From Styela clava (taxonomy: Eukaryota), in assembly GCF_964204865.1 (NCBI RefSeq), contig NC_135252.1, positions 11,780,001-11,844,000 on the forward strand: DNA of 64,000 bases, written 5' to 3'. A program made the position numbers and the translations under genes. Shown piece by piece: positions 1 through 13,900 of the stretch (its first letter is position 1; the number at the start of each line of letters is the position of its first letter). The notes under the pieces are model-generated. The model had not been told where the DNA came from. It did no database searches and was given only the letters and a program-made list of their open reading frames with translations.

Positions 1-2082
1 TCATCCCGATTTTAGATAGAATCAGTTTCCGTCTACAGGAAGAGTGAAAATACCAGTAACCATGCACTCAGAATTTTGAAATTTCTTCCTTATCAATAAA
101 ATATAATAGAAGCATGGAAAATTTTTCTATTTTGTAAGGACACCGTACGCATACTATTGCTACAGTAGATTTATTCATAAAATAAAATAGCTTACAACAC
201 ATTATACTCTTATAATGTATTATATACTCATAATTATGTATAATGATAATCTGGTATTAACTTTTAACCACAATATGTTTCAATCGAAACTCTCTTCTAT
301 ATACCCACTGAAGAATCAATCATTCTTAGTCGGTCATTACAAGTTTATAGCTGCAACACATTCAACTCATGATGGGCAAAATGTAGCATTGAAACGAATA
401 TCGAATTGTTACATATAATTATGTAGATTAACATGGCAACAGATTTGGAAAGTGGAAACATATAATGATGTTTTGAAACCAAGTAGTTTCAAGTGGAGAA
501 TAAGCACTCATGTATTTTACCTTAGTATTGTGTTCATTCGTTTTACCTATTTCTGAGAATTGTATTTATGTTTTTAACCGCTCGTTGGCGATCATGAGTT
601 TCTAATATTGACGTCACTGGATTACCGAGTCAAAACTGACGCTAATGTGATCATTTTATGACGATATCTGCATTTTTTAAAAAGCGAATTCTAAAGTTGT
701 ATTATATAGGGAAAAACATACTGCTAAATATGGCCCTTAGCAAACTAGTAATATTAATATATTACAAATGGTTGAAAAGGTATTACTGGCTAATTACACA
801 TTATTACAATGAGGAAAACATCAATATACCGTAACTGAAGTAGATGTTGAATAATGTTGCTTGTTTGTTTGGGAATGGACTGCATCTTTGCTCTGTGTCC
901 AGGTGTATGAAGATAAAATGAAATATGGGGGGGGGGGATCTATTTTCCACCGAGGCTGAATTCACCTCCAATCTCCTAAATATTGCAAAAACAATTATAC
1001 TTGTAACGTGTGGTAATGGCTAACCAAAGCTAATAAGCCTAAATTCTCCATTTAACATTCACACTGGATCAGTTTCAGGCTATGTGCGTAAATCGCGAGT
1101 GCTAACATTGAACAAATATGGGTTAGACTCGGCAAAAAAATAGTCGGTTTATTAAAATAATTTCTGCTGCACACTTAACTAGTAAACATCCATGAAAAAT
1201 ACTACAATTGTGTTAGCATTTTACCATGATTTCACTGCTAATAATATGTTGTACAACACATATGGGAGTTCATCTTAAGAGGATCAGTCGTGTCACGTAG
1301 TTTATACATGTTGTTTGACGATTTTTCCACATAGCTTTTTATGTGGTTCAAATTGCCTCTTTGACAAGAAGTTAGATATTGTCCACCGGGGCGGTGTCAC
1401 TGAATTTTCTTGACTTGTCGACAAGTATTCTGTGATTGTGTATTTATCTACAAGCTATAAGAAACTAACAATACGCCGTTACGTAGCGAGCGTTCATAAA
1501 AGACAAACTTTGTGCGTGCCGACGAAAGTTTACTCAACCATGGTTATTGTGTCGCCCCGGCTTGGTGTGAAGAGCGAACGAGAAAAGCGTTTTGTTATTT
1601 GGAGAGCGCTCGAGAGCGCTTAGTTACAGAGAATGGCTTCTTGGCAACGGTCCTACGCCATTGCACACGCGCTGTAAGGCTTTGATAGCGCAAAACCCGA
1701 TCAGAGAAGTATCGATTAGAGATATGTAAGGCATTGATTGCGTGTAGAGAATAGATTGTAACAAGACATATTTATTGTGAGGTTATCTGCCGGCTCAGTA
1801 AACAGTCCTTAGTGAGCCGATTAAGGACATAATTACAATTTATTGCCAAAAAGGCATTATAATGCAAATAGTTGATACCTACAAAGATAATTTGATTCGT
1901 TACTCCTTGTTTTGGGACTCACGGATTTTCGAAAAAAGTAACTTCTATGGTGCCCTTAAATAGTATTAATAAGCACAATGCTGAAATGATGTACCTATAG
2001 GTTCTATCAATATTGAATATCATATTATTTATCTAAAAAATATACTGTTTTTACTCATCAGGCTTGGACAAAAAACGAAATT

Positions 2083-5000
2083 ATGAAGGTCCAGAAATGG
2101 TGAGTATTTACATGTTTTCGTATTTCTGAATAGTGGAATAAATTTTTAGATTTTACATCACGTAGTATAACATGTATATTTGTTTTAATTAGTAATTTAA
2201 TACGTTCCAAATAATAATAGAAGAAGCATGTTCTAATATCACACAGACATCACGCATACACAAAAATATGGATGTGGAATATTTTACATATTGACTTTAC
2301 TTTAATAGCAATTAGGACCTGGACATCATATCAAATTCATACGATTTTATGTTGTCATGTGTTCAAACCGTTCATTTATGAATCAAGCACAATTTAATGA
2401 ATGTATGACACAAACAAAATATTGGAAATTCTATATGAGTTAGTTAACTGCACAAAAGAGTATATTATGCGTCATTGGTGACTGTTGCTAAACAAATTTC
2501 ATTAAAATCATATATTTATACTTAAAATTGTATTCGAAATGAGGATGAATTTCTGCGTAAATGATTTGTGAGGGACAGTGAGTGAATAAATAAGAGTAAA
2601 GAAAATGACTGAAACCATGCTGTTTCCTTAACACATAATAGTCAAAACTTTCTTTAGGCGTGCATGTTCATTAAATGCCGCGTCCTTATTGTTTATATCA
2701 CTTCGTCAGAACAAAAGAAATTGTAAACGTAATCGGCGACAGAGTTTTTTAAACATGTAGCTTTAGTATCAGCTCTCTTTCATCGATTAGTTAAGTATGT
2801 TCCATTCACGATTGGAGTATAATACAAATATTTATATGTATATGGCTCAATCTCGGATGAGGAAGAAGTATATTGAAAGTGGTTACACGCTTATGATTAT
2901 AACATTCCAGAGTACAATGTACTGAACTGGTATCTGAATGAATACGAATTAATATTTTGTGTTTACTGACGCCAGCCACAAATGTTGTGAATATAATTTT
3001 CTTCCGTTTAATTTTCAAAGTCTGTGTTTCAAAATAGTACAACCCGGTGTGGATAGATGAAATAACGAACATGACATTGAACTTTCGTGATTCTTATTGT
3101 AGCTGTCATTCTTTTCTTATCTACATATAATACATCAAGAAGTCGCTCAGTCTCGGCCTTTATTAGATCCAAACCGCAGCTGTTATGAAATGACAATAGC
3201 GAAAGTTGGCTTCGGGAGATAGATATTGTATTGCACGAAGCATGCAAAGTATAGACATAGCCAAACTAAAATCCTATTTTTGTCCGAACTTGTGACACAT
3301 TTTGCGAGTTGAGACCGATTATGCTGCGATTCCCGACGAAGCTAAAAATTCCAATATATTATTTTATAAACAGCAACCATAAGACAAAGAGGGCAGCTAC
3401 AAATAGAATTCGAATTTTATGGTGTTCAGAATATACTATATAACGAAATTGGATATTGTTCGAAACATACTTTATTTTTCAGCATAATTAGTTGAAAATA
3501 ACTAACATAAAAACGATTGGGTGGATAATAATATCATAATGATGTTTTCTGTTATGCTTCTGGATTTAATAAATTCACTTTTTAATTCAGGTGGCATCGT
3601 CCAAGACCAGTAGGTTTTTTGAATTACGGCCATCAACCTGGTATGACGTCAGAGTACATCGATGAATATTTCAAACGCAATATTGTAGCTACTGAATCGT
3701 GCAAACCTGCTTATGATATGAGAAAATCGGATGCAAAAATATCGGGAAAAACTACTTTCAGGTATCATTTCATAGTGAATTATCTGACGTAATCTTTCTG
3801 CGTAAATTTCGATAAATCATCATGAGTAGTCAATCGTTTATTTAGTAGGCTATAGTCTACTGTACTCAGTGGTCGGCAAACTGTGCCCCGTGAGCAATCT
3901 TTTTGAAGCCCCCGAACGACCTCACTTTAAAACAAAATGCACATATATATATTTATTATTATCTGCGCACAGCTATATCTCGTATCAATGGTTGTTGTAC
4001 GGCTTTTGTTTTGTAAGTACGCGAAAGCCCTTTTCTTTAATATATATGTCGTTTACTTGCCAAAGCGTTAGTTGTAACTGTCCGTTCATTTTATCCCTAT
4101 CTTAAGTTTTAAAACTTGACAGTAAAATGTCTGGGAAACGTATAATACAGTAGTTGGTGACGAGGGTCTAATATTCCGAAGGGCTTAAACGGAAAAATAT
4201 TGAGCATCATTCAAAACCTGTTTACTTGAATGATCTGAATTCGTTTAATGTGACAATTGTTGGTACTCCTGAAGTATGCGCACCAAAATGTCGCACAACC
4301 TGAACCCTAACCAGGTACACACCCTGAGTTCAAGTTGTGCGCCATCCTGGTGCGCATACTTCAGGAGGTCCCAACAGTTTATAGGAAATTAATGTGGCCC
4401 GCGCGTTTTTGAAAATCTGTTTACATTTGCTGTATTTTTCAATTCACAGAAGAGATTACATACCTCACCCACTACCCGAAAAGAAAGTCATTACAAGAGA
4501 AGTTTATAAACCACCTGGTACTGCAATGGAAGGTGTTAGCATGTATCGGCAAGATTATCCGCTTGTAAAGGGTGATAGACCCCAACTCGCAAAAAGAAGT
4601 GAAGCGAGAAAACTTCCCAGTGGCAAGTTCGATACAGTTCCCACTTATACAAGTAAGATTTTTGTATTGCAAAATTCTAGAAGAAAGAGTTTTTTCGATT
4701 ACCATTAAAAATTGGCACCGTATTGCGCCTCAAATATAAAGTGAGATTCTGGGTGAGATTCCTTATTCAATCAAGCATTTGTAAAGTTGGACAGGCTGAT
4801 GGATGTATTGTTTTAAATTTGTTCAGGTGAATATAAAAGATGGAATATAGAACCACGAGCAAGTTTTCGGGCGGATAGAGAATATAAAGTACCCGCAGAA
4901 AAGATGGAAAATACTTCAACTTTTAGAAGGGTGAAACTTATTTTTTATTTACTATATTTCTCATTTTTATTTATGAAATCGAGCATAACAGCTGCTTAAA

Positions 5001-6280
5001 ATCTTTTTTTTTTAAATTAATGTACTAGTGCCTGTCAATGTTTTGCGAGGTTTATCAATAGGAAGATGGCTTTAGGAAGTTAATGTTTAAACAATGAAAG
5101 CTTGACTAATTTCCAAAATAAAAAGACTCGCGTTGTAATTTTTTTTTTTTCTTGAGTCTCTTTTCTTGTTTTTGTCACCAGGACTATATTGCTCACTCTG
5201 CAGCTCCACGCGAATCTGCAAAGCCTCCAAACGTCGCTTTTCAATCCGATCAACCGCTTCAGAGTGCAACAATTCACAAAATAAATTTTGTTCCCCATCG
5301 GCTGGAACCTCGACCCCCAAGAGAGGCTCGCGAGTACGTTCCTCCTGCGGTCGCTATGGATTCCAGCACGACTTTTAGACAGTCGTATCAAGGCGCAAAG
5401 GCCTTGCCTGCTGAAAGTGCGCGCCCGCCACAAACCCAATTTATGTCGAAAGAACCCCTGGCTTCATCCTCAGAGTTTCGAGACAAGTTTGTTGCATGGC
5501 CGGTGGAGCGACCACATCGTCACGAAATGGATAAATACAAAAAGCCACCAGGAGAAATTGATTTGCAGACGACTCAACGACTCGACTTCAAGCATGTAAT
5601 TTCACGTCCGGCTGAGTCTAAGAAACCCGACGTCAAAAGAGCTCAAACGATGCCGTTTGTTGGCATCACAAATTATAATACCGATTTCAAGAAATGGCAG
5701 GTTCCGAGAGAACCCATAAAAATACGGGAGCCAAGCTTACATCCCTCAGGTAATAAAAAAAAAAACATTAGTTCATAAAAATTATATAGTTGAGTTTTTG
5801 CGATTTTGGTTGGAATTGCTCCACTTGACGAGCAAACTGTTTATTCAGGGTAAGGTGACAATCTGCTCTACGTAATTTTTTTTATACCCAATTCCAGTCA
5901 GGTATTGACTGATAGCTCGTCGCCCAGAACTTCACTTCAGAAGTCACTTACGTCTTTTATTTTCAGGGAAATTTGAAGGGGAGTCTACAACACGACTTCA
6001 TTTCACAAGGCTGTCAGCTCCGCCTGCTAGATCATGCAAGCCTGATGGAAAGGCATTCATGAGTGAAGCCCCGTTTGACGATCACACCATATATCGAACT
6101 GATTACATTCCAAAATCAATGGACCTCACAGAACGGTACCCCACACCTGATTGGCTGAAAGAGCAATTCGATAGATGGGATAAAAGAGGCGTGGGTAATT
6201 CTCAATCCAGAAAAATGTCAGGTTCTTACACAAGAGGAATGACACCACGCGCAACACCAATGGTGGAAGTCCGTGCTTGA
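2083..6280 (+). CDS. SAXO: Stabilizer of axonemal microtubules (SAXO/FAM154 family), about 458 aa, 6 coding exons
   Basis: Exons 2083-2099, 3591-3761, 4450-4652, 4827-4930, 5182-5749 and 5967-6280 join in frame (1377 nt) with GT-AG introns. The protein carries repeated Mn-like motifs typical of SAXO1/2 and MAP6 (SGKTTFRRDY, MEGVSMYRQDY, MENTSTFRRDY, MDSSTTFRQSY, FVGITNYNTDF, FDDHTIYRTDY), separated by Pro/Lys-rich linkers (ESCKP, ESAKP, RSCKP). Confidence 0.88.
4262..4372. mobile_element. Short fold-back MITE-like hairpin repeat
   Basis: The arms ctcctgaagtatgcgcacca and tggtgcgcatacttcaggag are inverted. Related copies lie at 25482-25590 and about 21255-21351. Confidence 0.7.
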
Positions 6281-8329
6281 GTCCGTGGTCTATTATTCAA
6301 CAGACACGGAGTTGTACCTCAATTCACCAAACGAAACCTTAGTAATCACAACTGGTAGTAAATACATTACGTTGTAATTTTTCGTGAATCATCCTACTTT
6401 TGTGGGTTTCCTTGCATCATCACATAAATCTGGAGTAGCACGTATATATATAGGCCTCTGTACTTAAGTTAAAAGATATATATTTCTATTTAATTTTCTC
6501 AAACCTAACATGTGGGGCACTTTTTCCGCTTTCACTCACTATTTTTATTGTTTATCTTATTAAAACAAGTTATAGGATTATTTAATATATAATTAATATA
6601 TTAAAGACGCCGATCGTTTGAAAGTCTTATACTTTCGCATAATTGCTGAAAACTGGTGCGATCATGGATCGAATTAAACCCAACTCAAAATATCACCCCT
6701 CAATTTTAGACGTTGTTTCAGGCTGCATATCAGTTTAATTAGTATCAGCAAATTTCATTTCATGTCAAACGGATGGGTCAATCATTTTCCAAGTCGTTGA
6801 ACTGTCTAAGATACGCCCTTTTACTTATAATTTCACCTCTCAAGGAAATATAACGTCTTTCACAAATTTAGAAAATTTTTACATGAATATAGGAATTCAT
6901 ATACGGACTTGTATTTTCACAATTTTTCTTTTGTTTTTAACATTTATGTGTTTTAAACTTTGTTGTCTATATGTTTTTCATTTTGGTTTACAATCAATAT
7001 CCCTGAAGTCAGACGCATACCACAACATTTTATAGCGCAATAACTACATTCGTCAAGTACAACGGTAATATCGGTGTACTAAATAATTGATCCAACAGCA
7101 ATTTAAGCCTATTTGATTTAAAATACCTCATATAGGATATTCTCAAGATGTAGGGTTCATAAGTAACAAAATTAAACTGGGGTGGTAGAAAGGATACTTG
7201 ATAAAGATTTTATGATTTTTTATGTAAATATACGCTGTTAGGTTCTGAAATTTAATATTTTTATTGCATAATTAAATTTTCAAGGCCCTTGCAAAAATGC
7301 TGCCGCTGAATTGCACCCACGTATATCAAGAGTCAACTTATCGGCTATTATTTCTTCTAGATCAATTTCCAGTAGTAAACGTATATGCAGTTAACAAATT
7401 ACGAAAACACGATAGTTATATTACAGCTTTAATCTGTCCCAGCTTCCATATCTTATTGTCACATGAAGTCTTAAACGGAATTCCTGCGTCTGTCTTTGGT
7501 AACAGCGTTCACAAACTTCAAATGTCAGGCATAAACATCTCAAGCATATAATCTTAGGAGAAAAACGTGGTGATATTTAAACTACTATACCATGTGATTT
7601 TAATGCACTTGCTGCAATATAACAAACAGATAATATTATTTTTTTACTCATTTTTGTTCTTTGGTAGTTTGGATGCTTATCTTCGATTAACTAACGCATG
7701 ACCAAGCGCTGAAAAAGCGCAAACGAAATACGCGCATCCATCCACCCTAATGAATGTTGACACGTGACCATACCCCTTCAACGAACTACAATATCATTTC
7801 CATTACCGTTAAATGTCACCTATTTAGTTACGTCGTTGAATATATTTTCTCTCGTATTTTTTTTGTTCTTGACTTTTAGAACAATAGCTAAATATTCTTC
7901 TGCAGCTTATAGCATAATGATTTACACATAACTAATTCGTATACTATTATTTGTATTTTATTCTATGAAAATGCGATTTACATATACATTTAAATCGCTG
8001 CTGATGCATGATTAATAAGACATGATTTATTATGTTTCAATAAAATTGCACATTCGCACCGAGTCAATCTATTTGCATTTCAGTAGTCGTACATTACCAA
8101 ATATAGGGGGAAATTACGTACGATAGATAGACTTAGGTGATATTCACCCAACCTTATATTTTCGATCTCTTGAAAATTATTGTATAGTATATCCCACGGG
8201 CGTTGGTATAAAACAGAAAAATATTCTAATGATATTATGTTGAATTTATAATCAAAATGGAATATTAGAAAATCAGAGCAATTATGAAATTGAAAATGTT
8301 GATATATATATTTTTCTAAACTGCATTTA

Positions 8330-8957
8330 ATATCCCCATATCTCTCAAAAACTGACACGCGTGTTCTGTGTGCGCAAAATTGCCAACCGTTCGCACGCAC
8401 TCCCCGATGGGTATTTTTCTGATTTTGCTGAAATTGCAGTTTTAAGTTTCACTAAATGTTTGACCAATGCTTTGATACACATTGTCCTTCGCATACTCAA
8501 ACAGATACAAAAAATCTGCTGTCTTCGAGTCCAATGAATGAGGTGCCCTACTGATTGTACGCCTTCTGCTGATCACCCTTCTCTGAAATCACTTTCCAAG
8601 CCAGTCGATGGCGCCATCAAAACGAAATGCAATGTTTGGAAATAGTTCCCCATGCTGCGCACTTCACTAAGTGTCAAATTCTTTGAGTCTTTCTTCTGAG
8701 GTATCTTGCGCAGAGGTTACAAGTCTTCCACTAGTGCTGATGAGGTTATTTAGAACTTATTTTAGTGAACATAAATTTTGTATGTGCAAAACTGCCTAGG
8801 CTCTAGACTAGAGTGTCTAACTCTAGACTACTAAAATTTTGGGGTTTAATCACACACAAAAATAAGTTCAAGCGTAAACAGAAACTTTATAAATTCACCT
8901 CATTCTTGTATAAGTAATAGGAAATTCATGAGTCGTGTTATTTTGGGTCACCGTGTA
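8330..8957 (-). mobile_element. Decayed Tc1/mariner-superfamily DNA transposon (transposase C-terminal remnant plus one TIR)
   Basis: The minus strand, with a stop and frameshifts, reads FDGAIDWLGK*FQRRVISRRRTISRAPHSLDSKTADFLYLFEYAKDNVYQ...LKTAISA/IRKIPIGECVRTVGNFAH. This matches the QDGA...W.P.SPDL...DF.LWGYLK..VY catalytic-core pattern. A terminus, TA-CACGGTGACCCAAAAT, lies at about 8940-8957. Confidence 0.75.
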
Positions 8958-10935
8958 TAATAAAAACACATTTCTAATAGAATAATAATTCAGGAATAAT
9001 TAGGTAAGATTTTACTATAACATAGCAAAATAGTTAATATTTTCAAATCAGTCATATGAAGCGGAGTCAAGCGAGTTAATCAAGGTCTCCAAAACTAAAA
9101 ACTGTCAAAACATTTTTAGGGTGGACATAACTAGGCTTGATAACCCCAGGCCATATAATCATGACTAGTTAGTTTCGATACAAATTATTGGGACCTTCTC
9201 ATTCAATTCTAATTTATCATATAAAACGTTCACTATTCACTCTTCGATTGAATTGAACGAGTCAATCAGCTGCTAGTAAAGTGAAGTTTGTTTACTGCAT
9301 ACTGTATTGTTAAAGTGTATGACAAAGATTCGGGGGATTGGTGCAGTTGAGGCGATACTATGTGAAACTACCTTTTCCGCATTTACATTTCCGCAATACA
9401 TTTCTGCTGTTTGCCATCGGAGGCGCTGGTGGTACATAAGTACACCTGATTTAATAAATGTGATTTCATAATAACTTCGCGCGCTTTCGCAAAGGTCGCT
9501 CCGAAGATCTCTTGATTCGAACTTTTCGGAATTCCGGGATTGCAGATTTGTGGTGCAAGGTTTTAATTGTCTTTTTGATATATTTAGCATCAATAACAAT
9601 AACCTAATTTTACTAAACTGTTTCTAACCAACTCTCGATTGTTTTGTGAACTGCAAGCAACACTGACAAGTACGTGTTTCAGTTTATTGCTTTTATATTT
9701 AGGGAGTACATCGACTGTAGAGCGTTTTATGAATGTCTGTTTATGTAACGGTCGTGACTGTTATTTCACTGAGTTGGGACTATTTGTGTTTATTCGAGTT
9801 CAGTTCAAGTTTGCATAATTTTGCTAAGTTATTAATTTTAATTGTTGACATGTTTCTTGCCGGCATATCGAGTGTTGAAAATACTGTTTGATTGTTTCTT
9901 CACAAAATCGTACCGTCATACACCTGTCAAGCTTTACTTAACGCCGTACGTAAGTCGTAAACCCATACTTTCCTGACGTATATTTTACCTGCAAAAATTG
10001 CTTCTGAAAATGTTGTAAAAATTGACAATATTCCATAAACAATTTTCTACTAATTTAACATATATATGAAATGGTTATAAAGCAGAGCCGAGACAAACTA
10101 AAAAAACTTGTAATCTGTTAGCAAACAGTTTTAATTAAGCGGATGAGCGTGCATGTTTGTTAGGGATTCCTTTTCCATGTAAATAAGTATGGGGTATTGG
10201 TGCCCACAAAGGATTTCCAGGTGCTGCATTGATAATAAGCAGCAAAACCTGCTTCAATACCGCGGATATAAACTGTCACAAAACACAATCTTCTGTGCCA
10301 GCGTGTTAGAGTGCATGTCCTACGGCTGCTTTGAGCAATACAACATGTTTCTCAGAAATTTGTTGTGCGCTAGGCTAACGGTTTTGGGTGAATGAGCCTG
10401 CAGGGTGGTAGTGGTCTGAGCAACAGGGAAATTCATATGCAGTACAACCATTTTTGCTGAGCTCTAAGCGACGTAATGGTTTTGTCACATTGTAAACTGA
10501 AAATTAAATATTATAATGCACTCTTGTGAAGCATTTTAGTTCTGTATTTGCCTGAGAATGGTGATCTATTGATTTATTAACGCTTTACGCACATAATGTT
10601 TCACTCGAATCGGTTCAAATCTTCTCAAATAAAGTCACAAGTCACAACCGAAGCTTGTGCAGTAGCGAGGGTCAGGTAAATCACATACGAGTTCGTATGT
10701 TGTATGTATCTACTACAATCTGCATGTGAAAAAAGCAATATTTGTCACACGTTTAAACAAATTATATTGTCTATCAATCTGAATTTTCAGACAAATTCCT
10801 GTTTATTTCACAGTTTGCAATTTATGCAATTCGAGTATTCGACTCCACAAAAATAAAGGTATGAATTTTAAATTGTGTATATATGCACCAGCATTCCTTT
10901 CTATTGGAATTACTATTCATTTTACTTTTACTCGT

Positions 10936-13900
10936 CTATAATTTTTCCTTCAAAATTTTTTTTGGATTCCGCCTTTGCCGTTTGCAGTCTGGTACCGATG
11001 GAAGATGGTTCGTAACGAATTCTGAACCGAACCATATATTTATCGCTATATTTGGCCGTCCGCGTGATCTGACCTGAACCAAAGATAAATACATATAACA
11101 ATTAAGAACATTCACAAACATTGCGGATATTCATATTGAGTAATGGCGGTTTTCCAGATATTTGAGAAAATTACCGGTTCACCATTATAATTTTCTATTT
11201 CTGTAAGTAATTCTATTTGATATCAGGTATCACAGGAAAGTTACACAGCTTTCATTTATATTTATGAAGAAATAATCTTATTTTGAATGTTCGTGAATGA
11301 AATAATATATATTTAATATGTTACAAAAAATTACTTAATTCAAAATAGATGTTTTGTTACTACGAAATTGTTTATGTTATACAATATTTTCTGATAACTT
11401 ACGTAATGTAGCCAATTTCTTGGAATATACATAACATCTCCTGGATTAAGAACTACTTCATGAAAGTCTATTTCTGCCATTTTGGGATATTTGATAAGAT
11501 CCACGGAATCTGGAGGAACGGGTGACATGTCTGGCGACTCTGTTTTTTGTCCTATATAAGCCTGTGAAATAGAATCCATATGTTTATAAGCAGCTGAAAT
11601 TTCTACGCAAAAATGAACAGATCGGTGAAATACGGATGTCCAGATTCTAGAATATTGATGTGTTAGGAAAGGCATCCAATTCTAAACAGAAAATGTTTAG
11701 CTCTATTTTTTTTAGAAAATAACTTGTGATACACTATTAAGATACACTTACTCTTTGTTTGGGGTGATCCAATGTGTACGCACTTCTTTTAGTAATACTG
11801 TAATATAATATGCCAATTCCCCTGTATTTACTTGTGGAAGTTTTCAATGCATTATTATTTTATTTAGTAGTAAAAAAAATCTTCTTCTGCTGTAATTACA
11901 TACTCAATCAAATTTGACGGAAATTAGGACATGGCGGAAAAACAAGGTCGAACATTTGCCCTGGTGTTATAGTTAGACAGCGCCAAATGATTCATTGCTG
12001 CTGAACTTTATGAGCGATGTGCACTTTCTGGCATTGAGGCTTTTAAGCGAATGAGCCAACAGAATAGGACAGGTATATGCTTAAATTTATACGAAAACGT
12101 GTAATCGCGGTACTATGAAAAATTGGCACCCGCGATCAGACGTCAGTTGCCACTTGGCCATGATAATTTCATTCAGCTCTGAAGTAATACCTGTTTCATT
12201 CCACTTAACTAAGAGATTGTAAGAATCTGGTAACGCCAAACCCTTAATTCAAATTCTGGAAAACAGTTTTACTCGCACGTAATGTATAATGCCTAATATG
12301 TAAGTACGTGAGTCGTCAATAAAGTAGTAGTCTCACCGCATCTTTGAATGTACTGTTAGCTATTAGCCATGTCTTTTTCCCGGCAATAAAATGGAATAGG
12401 TTATCAGCGTAGTCCCGGTGAAACACGTAACTGACCTGTCCCGAATTTTCCATCATGTTGATGTAAATAAGCTGAAAAAAAACAAGTGTTTTTGTACAAC
12501 ATTCATTCAGTTCAACGTTTCCCAACCGTTAGGAATTTTGCCATTTTGAAGGAAGAATTCTACTTTGTATTCGCTGTAGCATTACTAGTATTCTTTGGTT
12601 TTTTATTATTATTACTATAATACTTATTCATAATTAGGGTAAAACATACTACCGCAGGCACTAAAGATGAAACGAAGTGAATTGCGTGTGTCTGGTACTT
12701 TCCTTTTTCTTCTGAAAGGTCGTCGAGGCCACGCCCCATCTTACCCCGAATTGCGATGAAATATAAGCCAATCAACGTAAAGTATGGTCAATCCGTTTTC
12801 CATTTTTTCGAAATGCATATCCTTAGGACTCTATACATATTGGGATTTTTTTTTGCAAATGATGTAAGCGATCGACTGCAATAAAGCGCAGTCAATGTTG
12901 CAATAACAGATCAAATTTGACGATTTATCAAGATCGGAAAATTTCTAATCAAAACTAGATATAATCGGACAGTTTATCACGAATGTTTGTATCTGCAGAA
13001 TGACGTGCCAGGGCCAGACCATGCGGGCCGTAAGCACTTGAGATTTTGGTTCCTTATATATATATATATAAATAATAATAATTAAGAAAGAAATAATTAG
13101 GTGTTCTATGTTATCTGAAATTGATAAGTAAGTTTCCGTGTACATTACCAATTTAGGGCCAAGTTACGATGTATTTGCATGATTTTTGGAACAGTTCTCA
13201 TATTTACAAACATTGCTAGAGAGATTTAAGATGATACTTGAGAATTTAATTTCAACCGGGCCAACATTAAGATATGTGCCGTCTGGCCAACTCTAATTGT
13301 TCCATTAAACACCGAGGTACCATTGGTAAACTGATATTGAATATAGATAAAACAAACTACGGAAAACTTTCATGTTGCCAATTACTATTTGCAAAATGCA
13401 AAATGCAAAAAATTGTACATATTTAGTGGCTAAATTTTACCCGTCGATCTCATTTCGTCGTGAGGATCCAAACATTAACTCGCGTTAATTAACACCCTCA
13501 ATTATTTTAGTCAAGTTTAGTGGACAATTCTGAAGTGCTGTCCGCGCGTTTGTTTTCTTTATTTTTAGGGGTTGCGTGAACATGTTTTATTCAAACAAAT
13601 GATGGATAAAATGTGCTCCATGATGGGTTAAAATAAATTATGCCAGTTTCAAGATATATTCATTAAACGCGGCTGAAAAATTAATTACCGTTCGTCTCAG
13701 CTCCTCGCATTCTATAGGAAGAGGAATAAAAAGATTTTGAAGAATCTGATGACCTTCTGGAATTTCGTCATCCCAATATATCTGCTCTTTTAAAATTTTA
13801 TCTTGAAAGTCACTGAAATCGTAAATAAATAAAAACATTTATTTTACAATAAAGCAATGTGTGAAATATACCTTTATGTACTCGTCATCGGATACCAACT

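Noticed and set aside
1635-1648. RFX X-box for the ciliary SAXO gene
   Set aside because: Only the TGGCAAC half-site matches; too weak to call.
5080-5599. Alternative-frame and antisense ORFs over the large SAXO exon (likewise 29968-30234, 61379-61591, 62917-63246)
   Set aside because: Shadow ORFs of real coding exons.
9273-9599. 108-aa minus-strand ORF downstream of the JmjC gene
   Set aside because: No recognisable motif and no consistent spliced partner; the JmjC gene already stops at 10936.
10189-10440. GC-richer patch considered as an ncRNA or retroelement RNase H fragment
   Set aside because: No recognisable RNA gene motif; the frames I checked are interrupted or short, and IVFCDSL is too little to call RNase H.
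11752-11797. AG...gtaagt-bounded candidate JmjC exon
   Set aside because: The required phase gives an immediate stop, and the flanking exons join correctly without it.
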